Shown: positions 21,118 to 32,071, counted from the stretch's first letter. The stretch is 36,684 nt of DNA from an uncultured Verrucomicrobiae bacterium (GCA_963788655.1 CAWBHS010000033.1:1-36684); one strand, 5' to 3'. Numbers and translations: made by a program. The notes: generated by a model from the letters alone, not told the origin.

Positions 21118-22305
21118 GTGCAGAATGAGTATTCCATCGCCGCGCACTGGCAGGGCGACTTTGATGAGGCGAAACTTCAGGTTTGGGCGGAAACGGTGCG
21201 AGCGCAATTTCCGGCGCCACAAGTTACGCTGGGCTTGGTGTTTATGACGCCGCGATTATTTCCTTATGCGGCGCAGGTGTTGGAATTGCTGCGGGTGCAT
21301 GCGCGGATTCCCCTGTTGGCCGGTTGTTCGAGCACCAGCCTGGTTGCCAACGACCAGGAACTCGAGGACACCGCGGGCTTGGTACTGGGTTTGTATGCCT
21401 TGCCGAACGCGACGTTGAGTTCGTTCTATTTCAACCAGAGCCAGGTTGAAGTCGCCGCGGGCTCCGATTATTGGCCGACCCAAACCGGTCTGTCGGCCGA
21501 CGCGGTCAATGGCTGGCTGGTGTTCGCCGATCCGTTTCGCATGGAATGTGAAAGCTGGCTGCGAAGCTGGAACGAGGCTTATGGCACCTTGCCGGTGATT
21601 GGCGGCCTGGCCAGCGGCAAACCGCACGAGCAACAGACCCAGGTCTATCTCAACGGTCACGTTTACGAAGAAGGCGGCGTGGCGATTGCCTGCCACGGCG
21701 ACCTCGAACTGGCCAGTGTCATTTCCCAAGGCTGCACTCCCATTGGCGAGACGTGGACCATCACCCGGGCGGAACGGAATTTCATCCACGAAATCGCCAA
21801 CCGTCCGGCTTACCAAGTGTTGGTCGAAACTTACAATACGCTGTCGGCCAAAGAGCAACAGACCGCCCGCGGCAACTTGTTTTTGGGATTGGTGACCGAC
21901 GAATACCGCGAGGAATTTCGTCGGGGCGATTTTCTGATTCGCAACCTGATTGGCGCCGATCCCACCAGCGGCACCTTGGCGGTGGGCGCCTTTCCGCGCA
22001 TCGGCCAAACCGTCCAGTTCCAACGCCGGGATGCCGCCGCCAGCGCGGCGGACATGGCCGCGCTCCTGGAGCGGGCGCAGCAGCAACTGGCCGGGCGCAC
22101 GATTTACGGCGGCTGCCTCTGCTGCTGCAACGGCCGCGGACAACGGCTCTTCGGCGCGCCGAATCATGACGCCGCCGAGATCCAAAAACACCTCGGGCCG
22201 ATTGGGTTGGCCGGCTTCTTTTGCAACGGTGAAATTGGTCCGGTCGGCGCTAAGAATTTTCTGCACGGCTACACGGCCTCGTTGGGGTTGTTCGTGAAGA
22301 AATAG
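21118..22305 (+). CDS. FIST signal transduction domain protein
   Basis: LVFADPF, PVIGGLASG, ISQGCTPIG, DFLIRNLIG, VQFQRRD, CNGRG, GFFCNGEIGP..NFLHGYT; GTG start inferred. Confidence 0.9.
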   Translation: MQNEYSIAAHWQGDFDEAKLQVWAETVRAQFPAPQVTLGLVFMTPRLFPYAAQVLELLRVHARIPLLAGCSSTSLVANDQELEDTAGLVLGLYALPNATLSSFYFNQSQVEVAAGSDYWPTQTGLSADAVNGWLVFADPFRMECESWLRSWNEAYGTLPVIGGLASGKPHEQQTQVYLNGHVYEEGGVAIACHGDLELASVISQGCTPIGETWTITRAERNFIHEIANRPAYQVLVETYNTLSAKEQQTARGNLFLGLVTDEYREEFRRGDFLIRNLIGADPTSGTLAVGAFPRIGQTVQFQRRDAAASAADMAALLERAQQQLAGRTIYGGCLCCCNGRGQRLFGAPNHDAAEIQKHLGPIGLAGFFCNGEIGPVGAKNFLHGYTASLGLFVKK

Positions 22306-22327
22306 GGGTGGTGCCTGCCTGAATACT

Positions 22328-22399
22328 GTAGCAGCAGACGTAAGTCTGCTCTGACTTTTTCGAAGGGTAGCAAGTGAGCGGACTCACGTCCGCTGCTAC
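22328..22399. repeat. GTAG-type REP doublet between convergent genes
   Basis: GTAGCAGCAGACGTAAGTCTGCTC / GAGCGGACTCACGTCCGCTGCTAC. Confidence 0.85.
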
Positions 22400-22442
22400 G
22401 AGTCAAGGATTGTCGATGTGGTGCTGGACAGATAGCTCACCC

Positions 22443-24549
22443 TCAGCGCCGCTCCCGCGCCAATCGTTCCAGGCAATCCTCCGCGCCCGCGCGCAACTTT
22501 TCCCGCTCCTCGCGGTCGAGGCCGCGCGGATCAAAGCGATACCGGTAATGGAGCCGCAAAAGTCCGGGCAATGGTTCGCGAATGGTAGCGACGCGCGCGT
22601 CGGTCTGCACACGCGTCAACCATCCGAGCAACGGCTCGTTCGGCGGGCGGACCAGCCCCCGTTTGGCCAGTTGCTGTTCGACCCGATAGAACTCCGAGTT
22701 CGCCCCCGTCAACGCGGCCCACGCCGCCGCGTCACGTCGCGATTGGCGGAAGCGTTTCCATTCCTTGCGAAACACCATCCGCACCAGCAACAGCAACAAC
22801 ATCGGGCTCATGATCCAGAGCAGGTACTTGCGCCACGCGGTTTGGCCCCAACGCCATTTGGAGAACTCGAACCAAATCCGCGACCAGGCGTCGCCCAGTG
22901 ATTCCAACCACGAAGCGCGGCCGGATTCGACGGCCAGCCAGGATGGCGGCGTCACGTCGAAGTCACGCCACGCGCCGTTGATCCAGGCCAGGCACCAGGC
23001 GTGTCCATGGCGTTCGCGCACGATGTATTGGTCGCCTTTGTGCTCGTCCACCGCGTAACCCACCGCATAGCGGGCAGGTATGCCTTCCTTGCGCAACAAC
23101 AGCGTGGCGGCGGTCGCGAAATACTCGCAGTGCCCTGCCCGATCGTGCAGCAGGAAATTGCCAAGCACGGTCAAGTTGGTCCGGCTGTGTTGTGATCCCG
23201 GCAGCCAGGTGCGGTATTGGAAATTGGCGAGGAACCATGCGGAGAGCTTGTGCAGCGTTTGCTGCGGCGTCAATCCATCGAGATGCACTTGGTTCGTTAC
23301 TTCCGTTAAGGCCAGTTCTTCGTTTAGCGGGATGTCCAGATCGCGCTTGTCCCAGGGCGCGTCGATGGTCGAGTCACGCGCATACCAGGCATCGTAGATA
23401 ACCAACCCCGGTCCTTCATCCACGCGCACCACGCCCAGATCGTTCGTGCTCATCAGGAAGACAGGAAGGTTTTCGAGCCGGACAATCCCCTGCGGCACCG
23501 CCAACAAGCCCCGGCGCGCATCTTCGCCATGACCCCGCAGATATTGAGCAATGGTCACCGGCCCGCGGGGCGCGTCGTTCGTCTGGAATTCCCAGGTCGT
23601 ATGATTGGTTTCAGCCTGGATGTAACCGAAATCCGATCCCTTGCCGGCGCCGACCCAATCCGGAAACTTGAAGAATCGGTAACTGGCCTCGCGGAGCAAC
23701 GGCGGCGGCGCCTGACCATGGGGCACATTCACCCGCAGCATGATGCGCCCGGACAGCTTGAGCCGGCCGACCTCCCCCATGGCCGTGCGACTTTCCTTGG
23801 GATCCGCGCCGCGTCCCATGAATTGGGAGAGCCACCGTGCGCTGTACATGTTTCCCCATTGGTTCAGCACGATCAGCCCGATTTGCACCAGGAAGCCCAG
23901 CACCACGGCCAGCGTGATCAGTCCCGTCCAAACGGAAAGGCCAAAGCGCCGCGGACGCTGGCTCCAGAGCGCCCACCCGAGCAATCCGCTGAAGCCGAGG
24001 TAAAATCCATAACTGGGTTGCGTGGTGATGCTCGCGCCAAAAATGCAGACCGCGAAATAAACATAGCCGGTGTTCAACCCGCGGGGACCGGCCGCCGCCA
24101 TGGTGTCGGCGGAACCCTTCCTGCGGCGCAGGAACCAGGAAAACACGCGCCACGGAATGCGTTCGGAAGTGCTGAAGGCCTGGGCGGCCACCAAGAGAAA
24201 GAACACCATGGGCAACCAGCGAAACAACACGAGTGCCGCCAGCGCCGCTTGCTCCATGGCTTTGCGCTCGCTTGCGGGAGACGCATTCTGAAAGAAGCCC
24301 ATGACCGCTCCCGGGACCTTCGTTCGAGGTGAACGCATACAGCGCTGCCATCACAAACAGCAGCGAGCAAAAATCCCATATCCGCCGAAAATCCTTTTCG
24401 GAAAGCTCCCAGCGCACCGAGACGAAGCGGGCGCCTTCAATCAGCGCCGCCAGCAAGATTCCGACGAGCAGGAAATCGCTTTGCCACCCCCAAAAGAGCA
24501 GCGCGGTTCCCAACAGCAAGGGCGGGGTCTTGAGGGTTTGCGGATTCAT
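22443..24549 (-). CDS. Membrane transglutaminase-like protein (apparent +1 frameshift ~24312)
   Basis: TM N-terminus; GHCEYFATA, GIPARYAVGY, HAW, DVTPP catalytic triad; LHYRYRFD tail; ATGA overlap with DUF58 gene. Confidence 0.88.
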
Positions 24550-25901
24550 TCCAACCTCGCCAATCCTTCCTCGATTTTGCCGACTTCCAAAACCTGGAAC
24601 TGGCCCGGTTCGTCATCCAACGGGCCGGTGACCAAGGTCTTGCCTTCGTTTGGTCCGGTGATCACCAGCACCAAGACCGGCACCCCGGCCTGGCGCAGCT
24701 TTTGGACCAGTTGCTGCCGTGGCTCATCCCAGTCGAGCAACACGCAGATACAGCCGCTCACCAGGCTGACGTGGCCCAGCACCAGCCCTTCAAGGGCGGC
24801 CAATCGCGGTTCGCGACATGGCTCAACGGCGGCCAGGATTTCCAGCATCTGTTCCCGGTGTGCCAGACCGCGTCCGCTCGTAAAACAATACGCTTCCGGC
24901 CCCACAAACAACAAGTCGAGCAGCGATTCCTGCGTCTGGATGGTGCAGGCAAACGAGGCGGCCACCGAAACCGCTTCTTCAAACACGGCGCTGTGCGGAT
25001 GATCGGTGAAGGTGTCGAGAATGAGCGCGTGGCGCACATAGAATTCGTCCTGGAACTCTTTCACAATCGGTTTGCCCGTCTTCGCCCAACTGCGCCAGTG
25101 GATGTGCCGTAGCGGATCGCCGTTCCGGTAATCGCGCAAGGAAACAAACTCCTCCGATTGCCCGACCGACGACGCCAGGGCCACGCCGCCCTGCTGGTAT
25201 TTCATCGAACCCGGCAGGGCCACCGGCGGCAGGGGATAACGCTTGGGCAGAATCAACAGCGACTGTGGCAGTGGCAGGCGAACGAAGGCTTTCATCAAAC
25301 CCAACGGGTCAGGCCGGCCCACCGTCAATCCGGTAAACCGCAAACAGCCCCGTCGCAGCGGTGTCAGTTCCAAACGCACTTCCGCCTCCTGCCCAGGTGC
25401 GAGCGCGGGCAACCGCCTTTCCTGGATGCGGGCAAACTCAAAACTGCGGCGCGCCAATCGCCGCGCCACACTGAACGAGCGCACCCGTTTTTCCTCGGCT
25501 TTCTGGAGCTCGACATACTCCGCAAATTGCGGCCGTGGATCCGCCATGTTTTCGAGCAGCATCAAATCAGATTGGGGCTGCCCGGTGTCATTGCGCAGCA
25601 CCACCCGATAACCCAGCGGCGTGCCAACCGTACCGAAGCGCGGCAACAGGCGCCAGCCGGTGAACTTTCCCCGAAACTTCCAGGTGCCGACAAACGCCAC
25701 GGCCAGCAGACAGACGAGCAACGCCAGAATTTGGTACGACAAACTGGCGCCGATGTTCAGGCTCAGCGTAGCGCTGACGGTCACGCCGCCCAACATGGCC
25801 AACCCCGCCCGGGTGTAGCGCCGGCGGATCCGGTAACGCAGCGAACTACTTAACCGGTAGGTGCGATAGATGATTTTCCGGGCCCACAACATGCGGAGCA
25901 A
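24546..25901 (-). CDS. DUF58 domain protein
   Basis: RRG..DPLGL, EEFVSLRDYRNGDPLRHIHWRSWAKTGKPIVKEF, FEEAVSVAAS; alternative ATG at 25892. Confidence 0.92.
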   Translation of the reverse strand: MLRMLWARKIIYRTYRLSSSLRYRIRRRYTRAGLAMLGGVTVSATLSLNIGASLSYQILALLVCLLAVAFVGTWKFRGKFTGWRLLPRFGTVGTPLGYRVVLRNDTGQPQSDLMLLENMADPRPQFAEYVELQKAEEKRVRSFSVARRLARRSFEFARIQERRLPALAPGQEAEVRLELTPLRRGCLRFTGLTVGRPDPLGLMKAFVRLPLPQSLLILPKRYPLPPVALPGSMKYQQGGVALASSVGQSEEFVSLRDYRNGDPLRHIHWRSWAKTGKPIVKEFQDEFYVRHALILDTFTDHPHSAVFEEAVSVAASFACTIQTQESLLDLLFVGPEAYCFTSGRGLAHREQMLEILAAVEPCREPRLAALEGLVLGHVSLVSGCICVLLDWDEPRQQLVQKLRQAGVPVLVLVITGPNEGKTLVTGPLDDEPGQFQVLEVGKIEEGLARLE

Positions 25902-25914
25902 TGAGCGCGACCAG

Positions 25915-26880
25915 CTAAGCCGGCACCTTCAACTTCTTCACCACTTCGGCCACGACGCCTCGCGCGGTGACGCCGGAGAACTTCGCCTGCGGCTCCATGA
26001 CCAACCGATGGGCAATCACCGGCACCGCCAGTTCCTGGACATGTTCGGGCGTCACGAACTCGAGGCCGTCAAACAGCGCCAGCGCCTGGGCCGCTTTCGA
26101 CAAGGCCAGCGACGCCCGCGGACTGGCCCCTAATTGCACCCCGGCCGCCGAGCGGGTGGCGCTCACCAGATCGACGATGTAGCGCTTCAATTCGTCGCTG
26201 ATGCGGATGTCACGCACGGCCTCTTTGAGCGTCAGTAATTCTTTCAATGTGCTGCACGGGGCGAGTTGTTCGAGCGGATGTTTCTTTGCCTGCGCGGTCA
26301 GAATGGCGACTTCTTCCTCCGCCTTCACGTAGCCCAACGACAGCTCCATGGCGAACCGGTCCAATTGCGCTTCCGGCAACGGGTACGTGCCGCGGAACTC
26401 GACCGGGTTCTGGGTGGCGATCACAAAGAACAGGTCCAGCAGCGGGCGGTTCTCCCCGTCCACGCTCACCTGCTGTTCGCCCATCGCTTCCAGCAAAGCA
26501 GATTGGGCGCGCGGCGAGGCACGATTGATTTCGTCGGCCAGCAGGATATTGGTGAACACGGGGCCTTCGTGGAACCGGAAGGTTTGGTGCTTTTGGTCGA
26601 ACACCGACACCCCCAAAATGTCCGACGGCAGCAGGTCAGGGGTGAATTGGACCCGCTTGAACCGGGCATCAATTGACCGGGCCAACGCCTTGGCGAGGGT
26701 GGTTTTGCCGGTGCCGGGATAATCCTCGAGCAACACATGCCCGCCCGTAGCCAGCGCTGCCATGAGCCAGCGAATGGTGGCCGATTGTCCCTGCATCACC
26801 TTCTCGATGTTGGCGGTGATCGCCTGGTAAGTTTCCCCTGCTTCCACGGCGGGGCTGACGGCTTGAATGGATAGTGTCAT
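25915..26880 (-). CDS. moxR: MoxR family AAA+ ATPase
   Basis: HVLLEDYPGTGKT, QFTPDLLPSD, LADEINRA, ATQNP, LPEAQLDRF, GASPRA. Confidence 0.95.
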   Translation of the reverse strand: MTLSIQAVSPAVEAGETYQAITANIEKVMQGQSATIRWLMAALATGGHVLLEDYPGTGKTTLAKALARSIDARFKRVQFTPDLLPSDILGVSVFDQKHQTFRFHEGPVFTNILLADEINRASPRAQSALLEAMGEQQVSVDGENRPLLDLFFVIATQNPVEFRGTYPLPEAQLDRFAMELSLGYVKAEEEVAILTAQAKKHPLEQLAPCSTLKELLTLKEAVRDIRISDELKRYIVDLVSATRSAAGVQLGASPRASLALSKAAQALALFDGLEFVTPEHVQELAVPVIAHRLVMEPQAKFSGVTARGVVAEVVKKLKVPA

Positions 26881-27165
26881 TATAACGAATTAAAACAGTG
26901 GTGACGTATTTGTTGCCAGCGAATTTTCCGGCTGGCTCCGAACGGGCTGGTGATTGGCTCAATTGGCATGGGCGAACAAAGACACGCGCTGAATCTATCA
27001 TCGGCACGCTGGGCTGGCGAATTCCGTTTTCGCGCGGCCGTTGCTAAATATTGGACCGGCGCCAACGCCTCTGCTCACGCGTCCATTTCAGCGCGCGAGC
27101 AACGCATTGTCTTCGGGTAGTGCGCGGGAGGCATTGAGCGCCGTCCTCCTTGCAGCGGGCTTTGT

Positions 27166-28326
27166 TCAAGGGGTGCCGGAGGCCGCGACTGCAGATTGGG
27201 ACGAAGCAACTTTGAGCTTGATCCGAAGCATTTCGCTGGGTCGCCACAGGCGCATGCGCGGTCCCCAGGTGCCGGTGCCGCGACAGACAATGACCGGCAT
27301 GCCGTCAACTTCATATCGGCCCGCCAGCAGTGGGTATTGCCTTTGCACCAAGTAATTGAACGGCCAGAGTTGTCCGTTGTGCGTGTGTCCGGACAGCATC
27401 AATCCGGCACCGTGGGCAGCCGCTGTTTCCGCTTGCCAGGGCGAGTGCGACAGCAAAATAGTTGCACCACGTGGCCGGTACGCCAGAGCCTGTTCGACCG
27501 GACGGCTTGCCGGCTTGACGGGCGGCCGAGCTGTGAGATCGTCCACACCCGCCAGGAGCAGGCCGGGAACCACTTCCGCCCATCGATCCCGCAGCACCCG
27601 ATAACCGGCGGCTTCGAACAAGGCCACCGATCGGTCGATCCCCGCGTAAAACTCGTGGTTCCCGGTTACCGCCCATACACCCAGCGGCGCCCGCAGTTGC
27701 TTGAGGACCGGCAGCATGGTGTCCACCTGTCCCACGTTTCCATCCACCAAATCGCCGACGATTACCACGAGGTCCGGCTGCATTGCCTGGACCCGGCGAA
27801 TCTGGCGCGCCATCCAACGCGGGCCGATGAGCGTGCCCAGGTGCAGATCCGTGAGCGCAACAAGCGTGAGGCCATCGCGTTCAGGTGGCAGTCCTTGGAG
27901 ATGTACGGTGTAATCTCGCACTACCGGAGCACGCAGCCCTTGGATCACGCCCACGAGGGAAAGCAATCCGCCGATAACCGCCGCCCAACCTCGGATGGTT
28001 GGTGCCTGCTCCGGCCAAAGCCAACCGCCCAAGGTAATAAGGTCCGCCGCCAGGAAGACCGCGAACAGCAAAAACAAGATTCCGATCCAAGTGGCGGCGA
28101 CAAATTCCAAGGGTTGCCCCAGCATTTCCAGGCGATGAGAATTCAAAATGCGCGCCAGCAGATAACTCACCCACAAGACCGCCGCGGCCATCATCAACAC
28201 GCGACGCGAAACGTGCGCGGCTACGAACGGGACATTGGCCAGCCGCCAAAACACGTAAGTGTGCATCAGCGCCCAGATGCTCAAGACCACCGTGAGAAAA
28301 ACGACGAACCGTCCGTTGCTGCTCAT
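27166..28326 (-). CDS. Membrane-anchored metallophosphoesterase (YkuE-like)
   Basis: Four TM segments; DLH, GDLVD, GNHE, LSH, SGHTH.GQ. Confidence 0.92.
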   Translation of the reverse strand: MSSNGRFVVFLTVVLSIWALMHTYVFWRLANVPFVAAHVSRRVLMMAAAVLWVSYLLARILNSHRLEMLGQPLEFVAATWIGILFLLFAVFLAADLITLGGWLWPEQAPTIRGWAAVIGGLLSLVGVIQGLRAPVVRDYTVHLQGLPPERDGLTLVALTDLHLGTLIGPRWMARQIRRVQAMQPDLVVIVGDLVDGNVGQVDTMLPVLKQLRAPLGVWAVTGNHEFYAGIDRSVALFEAAGYRVLRDRWAEVVPGLLLAGVDDLTARPPVKPASRPVEQALAYRPRGATILLSHSPWQAETAAAHGAGLMLSGHTHNGQLWPFNYLVQRQYPLLAGRYEVDGMPVIVCRGTGTWGPRMRLWRPSEMLRIKLKVASSQSAVAASGTP

Positions 28327-28603
28327 GCGCTGGTTTTCCTGGCGGGTGAATTCATGGTTGGGAAGTCACTTCCTTTTCGGCGGTGATTCACATTCCGGCA
28401 AACTGGCGCGCACAATTCATGGCCAGACGCTACGCTGCGACGACCATCGTGTCATCCGCAAACCCGCGCCTGCCGGCAACGTTGGACATCCTTTTGGCTG
28501 TCCGGGCAAGGTGCGTCGAAGGCTCGTCTCAGGGTTCCATTTCCAGATCACGAATGAAGTCTGAGCATCGTCGTGCCGCGCACGAAGTCGCCGTGTTCTC
28601 GGC

Positions 28604-28631
28604 TTGGCATCCTTGGGTGCTCGGCTACATT
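28604..28631 (+). promoter_or_regulatory. Putative sigma70 promoter giving a leaderless transcript
   Basis: TTGGCA-N16-TACATT, 6 nt before GTG 28638; no SD. Confidence 0.4.
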
Positions 28632-28637
28632 TCCCTT

Positions 28638-28835
28638 GTGCAAGACCATGTCAGAACCAGCGCAAGGCCGGCGACTGCCTGGCAGGCCGCTGAGGCCGCC
28701 GGCTTCGATATGTCCGTGGTCGAGATGAACCTGCGGCGAACGCCCTGGGAACGCATCCGGAACCATAACCGGGCGCTGGCGCTGGCGGACGAGTTGCGGC
28801 AAGCCATGCGACAACAACGATATGCCGGCTCTTGA
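28638..28835 (+). CDS. Small helical protein, partner of the downstream nucleotidyltransferase
   Basis: AEAAGFDMSVVEMNLRRTPWERIR motif; overlaps the next gene by 14 nt; start inferred. Confidence 0.65.
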   Translation: MQDHVRTSARPATAWQAAEAAGFDMSVVEMNLRRTPWERIRNHNRALALADELRQAMRQQRYAGS

Positions 28836-29319
28836 GTCGCTGCTGCAGCGCCTGGTTCAGCGTCAGGTGGAATTTGTCATCGTCGGTGGATTTGCCGCGG
28901 TCGCGCACGGCGTCTCGTTGGTGACTCAAGATGTGGACATTTGCTGTCCGTTCACGCTGTCCAACCTCCAGCGCTTGCAGGTTGCACTGGCAGACCTGCA
29001 TCCGGTTCGCCGTCTGTCCCCGGCCCAACTACCGCTCCAAATCGCACCGGAAAACGTCAGACGTCTGGAAAACCTCTATTTAATGACAGATTGGGGCCAG
29101 CTTGACTGCCTGAGCCAAGTGAAGGGAGTGGGCGCATTCGAAGCTGTAAAAGCGGCGAGCATCTCCATCCGACTTCCGTACGGCTCCTGCCTGGTGCTGG
29201 GGATTGATGCGCTGATTGAAGCCAAAATGGCTATCGGTGAATCTCGGGACAAACTCGCAGTGATTCAACTGAAGGCGATTCGGGAGCGAATCCGGTCCGA
29301 GAGTCGGCAAAACGAATAG
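28822..29319 (+). CDS. Nucleotidyltransferase (Pol-beta superfamily)
   Basis: FVIVGGFAAVAHG..TQDVDI, third Asp in GQLD, LIEAK..GESRD. Confidence 0.85.
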   Translation: MPALESLLQRLVQRQVEFVIVGGFAAVAHGVSLVTQDVDICCPFTLSNLQRLQVALADLHPVRRLSPAQLPLQIAPENVRRLENLYLMTDWGQLDCLSQVKGVGAFEAVKAASISIRLPYGSCLVLGIDALIEAKMAIGESRDKLAVIQLKAIRERIRSESRQNE

Positions 29320-29507
29320 TCAACTTGGTCAATCAAATGGCTCAAGGACTTGACGAATTCTGTTCAGATCCCGAATTTAAGCGACCATGACCACCGTGAA
29401 TTCTCCGTGGCCGCAGCAAACCGTGGCCGGCATTGCCGGATACGATTCAAGCACCCGGTCATCTTCCAACCTGAACCCCCCAATTCACTCCTGACCCAGA
29501 ACCTCGC

Positions 29508-30350
29508 ATGAAAGGAATCCCCGTTTTACACGTGGAAGGCGATTGCATCGCCCGCGCCTGGGAACGCTCGCTCATCGAGCTGCACCAAAACGGCTGCAAC
29601 GTAAAAACCGAGTATGACAAAGCGGACGATCCGCCCAGCAAAGACGCCACCATGATCATCACGATCACCGATCCGCTGAGCGAGCCGATGATCCACAAGG
29701 ATTTCCCCGGCGGCCCAATCGAATTGCAGGAATACGTCATGGAGGTCTGCGAGGGGATCAAGGACCATCTGGTGCGCAATCCCGACGACCCAAAGGACAC
29801 CCGCTGGGAATACACGTATCATCAGCGGCTGTTTGCCTACGGGGTGCCGACGCTCAAGCCCTACGATCAGATCGAAATGCTTTGCCAAAAACTGGCCAAG
29901 ACCCCGCACACCCGCCGCGCGCAGGCCATCACCTGGAAGGTCTGGGAGGACAATGAGTGTTACGACCCGGCCTGCATGCAGAGCGTCTGGTGTCGCATTC
30001 TCGAGGAGGCGGGCGAAGCGGTGTTGAGCATGAACGTGCGCTTCCGTTCAAACGACGCCTACAAGGCCGCCTTCATGAACATCTTTGCCCTCGTGCAATT
30101 GCAGCGGCGATTGGCGGCTCGCGTTGCCGAGTTATCCGGGCGTCCGGTGCAAGTGGGCCGGTATTGTCACGTGGTGGACAGCTATCATATTTATGGTTCG
30201 TATTTCCGGGAGTTTGAAGGCCGTTTCCTGGGCAGTTTGGAAAAACGTAATTTTGAACAACGCACCCTGCGCTACGAAGATGTGCGCGACATGATGGAAG
30301 AAGCCCGGCCGGAACTGTTGGAGAAAGCCAAAAACATGGGGCAGGCTTGA
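29508..30350 (+). CDS. thyA: Divergent (archaeal-like) thymidylate synthase
   Basis: YTYHQRL, DQI, TRRA..W, DPAC, FRSND, FMN, DSYHIY. Confidence 0.8.
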   Translation: MKGIPVLHVEGDCIARAWERSLIELHQNGCNVKTEYDKADDPPSKDATMIITITDPLSEPMIHKDFPGGPIELQEYVMEVCEGIKDHLVRNPDDPKDTRWEYTYHQRLFAYGVPTLKPYDQIEMLCQKLAKTPHTRRAQAITWKVWEDNECYDPACMQSVWCRILEEAGEAVLSMNVRFRSNDAYKAAFMNIFALVQLQRRLAARVAELSGRPVQVGRYCHVVDSYHIYGSYFREFEGRFLGSLEKRNFEQRTLRYEDVRDMMEEARPELLEKAKNMGQA

Positions 30351-30396
30351 CGAGCCGCCGCTTCGCTGGAGTGCATGGCGAAGCCTCGCCGCCGCG

Positions 30397-32013
30397 TCAG
30401 GCAATGGTTGGTTGAGCTGAACGGCGGGATCGCCGGCGTTCAGAAGCCGCCACTCGGAATGCCGACTTCAATCGAAACAACGACGCGAATCCAAAAAACA
30501 CGTCGATCACCAACGCGATGATGGGAGCCATCACCATCACGAACCGTTCGGAGCCGGAGCGGCGGGCATTGATCGCGTCCAGGGCCACCAGCGTCAGGAA
30601 CACGGCATAGATCACCCAGGGCAGCACCAGGATTCGCACAATCGTCGCGCCCACCGCGCGGTTCACGTTCCGTCCGCGTAGCGCCTGCCACATCCCCACC
30701 CAACTCAGCGCCACCAGATCGGCCACGAACACTGCCATGAGCGAGCCCATAAGGGTAACCCAATCGTCGTCGCGGCTCTTGCTCATAAGGAACAAGCAAT
30801 CCACGAACAAAACCAGCAACACTGGCCCCCCGAATTGTTTCATCAACGCGCGCATTTGACCGTGGAGAATCTCCTTCACGCGAATGGGCGTCACCAACAG
30901 CAGTTCGAGCGCCCCGCTGCGACGGTCGTCGGCCAATTGGCGGCAAGCCTCAAACGTCACCCAGAATTTCAAAATGGTGTGCGCGAGGTACGCCGTTATG
31001 AAATAGGGAGCCTGTTCCAGCCAATCCCGCGGATTGAATATTATCCCCAGCGCCCAAATCAATCCGCCGATTCCCAGGACCAGCCACACCAGCAGGGATT
31101 TGGCCCGGCTCCGGCCGGTTAGCCAGTAAAAGGCGTTGCGGCTCAGCAACCGTTCGCGCACGGCGCGGCGGGCAGCAGCGGATCCATGGAGGAACTGCCG
31201 CCACAAGCTGGTTGATTGGTTGCGGGCGGGGCGAACGTCTTTCTCATGCCAGGTGCGCGGCACGATCAACGTGCTGACGACGAGCAGCAGCCAACTCAAG
31301 AGGTTCACCACGATGACCGAGACATAAAAGAAATTCCATTGCGCCCCGCCCCGAAAGTTGCTCTCAAACGCCATGACGCAGGCATAACCGGGCGAGGGAA
31401 TAAGGAAGCCGAGAATCAGTTCGCGGTCGCGGGTCCAATTTTCAAGGATGGCCGCCAACAGGGGGAGCCCCGCCGCAAAGAACAACAACAACAGCACGGC
31501 CAGCACGATGGCTTTGCGTTCGTCGCGGCTGATGGCCGAACAAAACAGCCCCAGCGCCATGGAAAAAAACAGGTTGTTCAGGCAGACCAGCACGACCCGC
31601 CAAAATTCCGTCCCGCTCACGCCGCCGGCCATCAGGGGGATGGCCATCACTGGGAAGATTGCCAGCATGCCATAGAACGTGTTCAGCGATTTGGCGGCCA
31701 GTTTGCCGAACACAATGTCGTAGCCTTTGAGATCGGTGAGGAACAACAGGCCCAGGGTGCCTTCACGTTTTTCTTCGCTCAATGAGTCCGCCGTCGAAAG
31801 CACGCCGGCGAATCCGGAATAGAAAAACGACACCACTGCCAGGCCATAAAACAAGGCCATGCCGAGGATCTGCGGCGAGCGCATCCCGGGAAACAACATG
31901 ATCCAGCCACCAATGATCAGGCCCACCAGGGCCACGCCCAGGCGGTTCCAGTACGTCGCGCGGCGGCGAGCCGCTACGCGCAACTCACGCTCCACAATCG
32001 GCAGAAAGGTCAT
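30397..32013 (-). CDS. ABC-2 type permease with duplicated membrane domain
   Basis: MTFLPIVERELR, SEEKREGTLGLLFLTDL..GKL, and second copy DDRRSGALELLLVTP. Confidence 0.85.
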   Translation of the reverse strand: MTFLPIVERELRVAARRRATYWNRLGVALVGLIIGGWIMLFPGMRSPQILGMALFYGLAVVSFFYSGFAGVLSTADSLSEEKREGTLGLLFLTDLKGYDIVFGKLAAKSLNTFYGMLAIFPVMAIPLMAGGVSGTEFWRVVLVCLNNLFFSMALGLFCSAISRDERKAIVLAVLLLLFFAAGLPLLAAILENWTRDRELILGFLIPSPGYACVMAFESNFRGGAQWNFFYVSVIVVNLLSWLLLVVSTLIVPRTWHEKDVRPARNQSTSLWRQFLHGSAAARRAVRERLLSRNAFYWLTGRSRAKSLLVWLVLGIGGLIWALGIIFNPRDWLEQAPYFITAYLAHTILKFWVTFEACRQLADDRRSGALELLLVTPIRVKEILHGQMRALMKQFGGPVLLVLFVDCLFLMSKSRDDDWVTLMGSLMAVFVADLVALSWVGMWQALRGRNVNRAVGATIVRILVLPWVIYAVFLTLVALDAINARRSGSERFVMVMAPIIALVIDVFFGFASLFRLKSAFRVAASERRRSRRSAQPTIA

Positions 32014-32071
32014 GCGGCCGAAAGTCAAAAGGCAAACCCGCCGCGTGGAAAGCCTAAACCGGGGGTTGAAT

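Noticed and set aside
27196..28386. 396-aa + strand ORF (likewise 5693..6775 and 21256..22266)
   Set aside because: Antisense to well-supported genes
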